Origin: Candidatus Bathyarchaeia archaeon
GTDB lineage: Archaea; Thermoproteota; Bathyarchaeia; 40CM-2-53-6
Reading direction: 5' to 3'
DNA: 37,287 bases
Assembly: GCA_049517415.1 (NCBI GenBank)
Contig: JBEKSC010000027.1
Location: 1 to 37,287, forward strand
This document shows, in pieces, positions 35,791-37,287 of this stretch. Positions within the stretch are counted from its first letter, which is position 1. The number at the start of each line of letters is the position of its first letter. The notes beneath the pieces are model-generated. The model did not search any database and was not told the origin of the DNA. It was given only the letters and a program-made list of their open reading frames with translations. Both the position numbers and the translations under genes were made by a program.

Positions 35791-37287
35791 GTGACAAGAA
35801 GCATCATCCCATTCTTATTCATCCTTTTGGCGGCGGCTTTGCAGACGCCTCCGACCCTAGCCGTTCAACAACCTGACTTGGCATCGCGATACTACGGGTT
35901 AGGATTGGAGGCAACAGATTGGATAACATCCTTCCAAGTTACGCCCCTCAATGCGTCATGGGGGATACCATATCAGGATCAGCGCACGTGGGGGCTGGAT
36001 CCGTTCTACTTTGAGAATGGAACCATTACGGCTGGGACCGACGGCATAACCGCTGGTCAAAGACAAGAACTCGTGTTCTTGCTCGCCGGACACGATGCTG
36101 GCCTGGGAGCCTCCGCCGCGCTCGACGCGTACCTGCAGACCAAAGATCCTAGGTACCTCAACGTCTTCAACGTTTATTACAACTATTTCCAGAACGCGCA
36201 AATCCCAAGCGGGATGGCCAGCACGCCTGCGCTCGCCTTATCGACCATTTATGGACATACCATCACCCTTGATAATGCTGGGTATTGGGCTGAACAGGCA
36301 GATGTGTCTGCGGGCCCAGACGGCCGATACGGAACACAAGATGATTCTGCGAAACTGCACGCGGCTTTTCCATCTCCTGAACATGGAAACCTCATAGCAG
36401 CCGCACTAATCTCGTACTATCGATGGACACACGATGATAACGCCCTGCAACTCCTAAACCGATATGGCAATTGGCTCGTGAAGTTGCAAATCATAACCGG
36501 GAATTACACTGGCGCGTTTCCCGTTACTCAATATTATTGGAATTTAGGTTGGAAGCCCAGAATGTATGAGACAACCGAGTCGGCGTGGATTCTTGCTGAG
36601 CTTTACCTGCTGACAGCGAACGCAACCTACCTAAATTCGGCTGTAGCCGCAGGCCAGTATATGTTGTCCAGGCAGTTTACGAGCCAAGAATGGATGAACA
36701 CGCCTGTCTACGGCGCTCTGCCTTACGAATGGAATCGAACAAAGTATACCACCGCAGTTTCCACAAATCACGCAGGCTTCACGCTATTGGCGTGGACCCA
36801 ACTCTACAGGCTGACAGGCGACAAACGCTACCTGAGTGCAGCGGAAACCTACGCGAAATGGCTGATGAGCTTCCAAGTAACTAACCCTGACATGGCTTGG
36901 GGCAACCATACCTACGCGAACGACCCCATGGCGGTTGGCGGCTACTATTACGGCTACGACACTGAGAAGCACATGTTCGGTTCAGATGTCGCTCTCTCAT
37001 TGTGGAGCGCTGCATATTCAATACGCGGCCTTCTCTTCCTCACAGAAACCACAAACGATGAAACATACGCACGTTCCGCCGTATTGGCTGCTGATTGGCT
37101 GACCCGCATGCGTTACCCCGACACTACACTAATCCCACTGCAAGCCTTGGCCATCACAAAATATGTCTCTTCCAGTTGGTGGGGCATTTACCTCCAGTTC
37201 TACCAACCCGACATGAGCGAGGTAGAGAAGGCAGGCATACCCTCATTCGTCAAGAAAGGGCAGATCAATCTCCAGGCGATTCTTAAC
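35791..37287 (+). CDS. Secreted (alpha/alpha)-barrel repeat protein (six-hairpin glycosidase/prenyltransferase-like); 3'-truncated and absent from the ORF track
   Basis: Manual translation from GTG35791 is open for 499 codons to the window end. Signal peptide MTRSIIPFLFILLAAALQTPPTLA; repeats such as LYRLTGDKRYLSAAETYAKWLMSFQ. Confidence 0.85.
   Translation, partial: MTRSIIPFLFILLAAALQTPPTLAVQQPDLASRYYGLGLEATDWITSFQVTPLNASWGIPYQDQRTWGLDPFYFENGTITAGTDGITAGQRQELVFLLAGHDAGLGASAALDAYLQTKDPRYLNVFNVYYNYFQNAQIPSGMASTPALALSTIYGHTITLDNAGYWAEQADVSAGPDGRYGTQDDSAKLHAAFPSPEHGNLIAAALISYYRWTHDDNALQLLNRYGNWLVKLQIITGNYTGAFPVTQYYWNLGWKPRMYETTESAWILAELYLLTANATYLNSAVAAGQYMLSRQFTSQEWMNTPVYGALPYEWNRTKYTTAVSTNHAGFTLLAWTQLYRLTGDKRYLSAAETYAKWLMSFQVTNPDMAWGNHTYANDPMAVGGYYYGYDTEKHMFGSDVALSLWSAAYSIRGLLFLTETTNDETYARSAVLAADWLTRMRYPDTTLIPLQALAITKYVSSSWWGIYLQFYQPDMSEVEKAGIPSFVKKGQINLQAILN

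Noticed and set aside
290..36972. Many 60-190 aa ORFs antisense or out of frame to the called genes (e.g. 7573..8157, 27806..28360, 34262..34825, 36095..36397)
   Set aside because: They overlap motif-supported genes and show no recognisable motifs; treated as shadow ORFs.
1..37287. CRISPR arrays, IS elements, integrases, rRNA or a defence island
   Set aside because: No regularly spaced repeats, transposase or integrase motifs, or rRNA-like sequence seen; Lhr and SWIM sit in a housekeeping context.

Overview
A gene-dense archaeal chromosomal segment. Gene content suggests a TACK archaeon, most plausibly Bathyarchaeia (inference from RPA with Zn-ribbon, Lhr, psmB-aCPSF1, Sm-L37e, TrpB2, SepF, an arcadin-1-like protein, a PEF-CTERM protein and frequent TTG starts). 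No CRISPR array, rRNA, canonical tRNA or mobile element was found. About 40 CDSs cover housekeeping (RPA, Lhr, proteasome beta, aCPSF1/FttA, SepF, PUA, Lsm, L37e, SlyD-type PPIase), metabolism (aminoaldehyde dehydrogenase, split class I fumarase, TrpB2, AKR, class V aminotransferase, LutC/LutB-CCG) and surface/glycan functions. Features the ORF track misses or misrepresents: (1) a DUF779-like gene after the ALDH, broken by a frameshift and carrying TGA at the second Cys of its CC motif; (2) a divergent trpB2/TrpY pair with TRP-box-like operators; (3) a multi-stem GC-rich RNA candidate at 9676-9794; (4) a 36-aa membrane peptide upstream of lhr; (5) a cation-transporter gene remnant; (6) a secreted (alpha/alpha)-repeat protein of at least 499 codons running off the right end; (7) two paralogous 4-TM proteins 10 kb apart. 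All family calls are by motif recognition; no database search was run.
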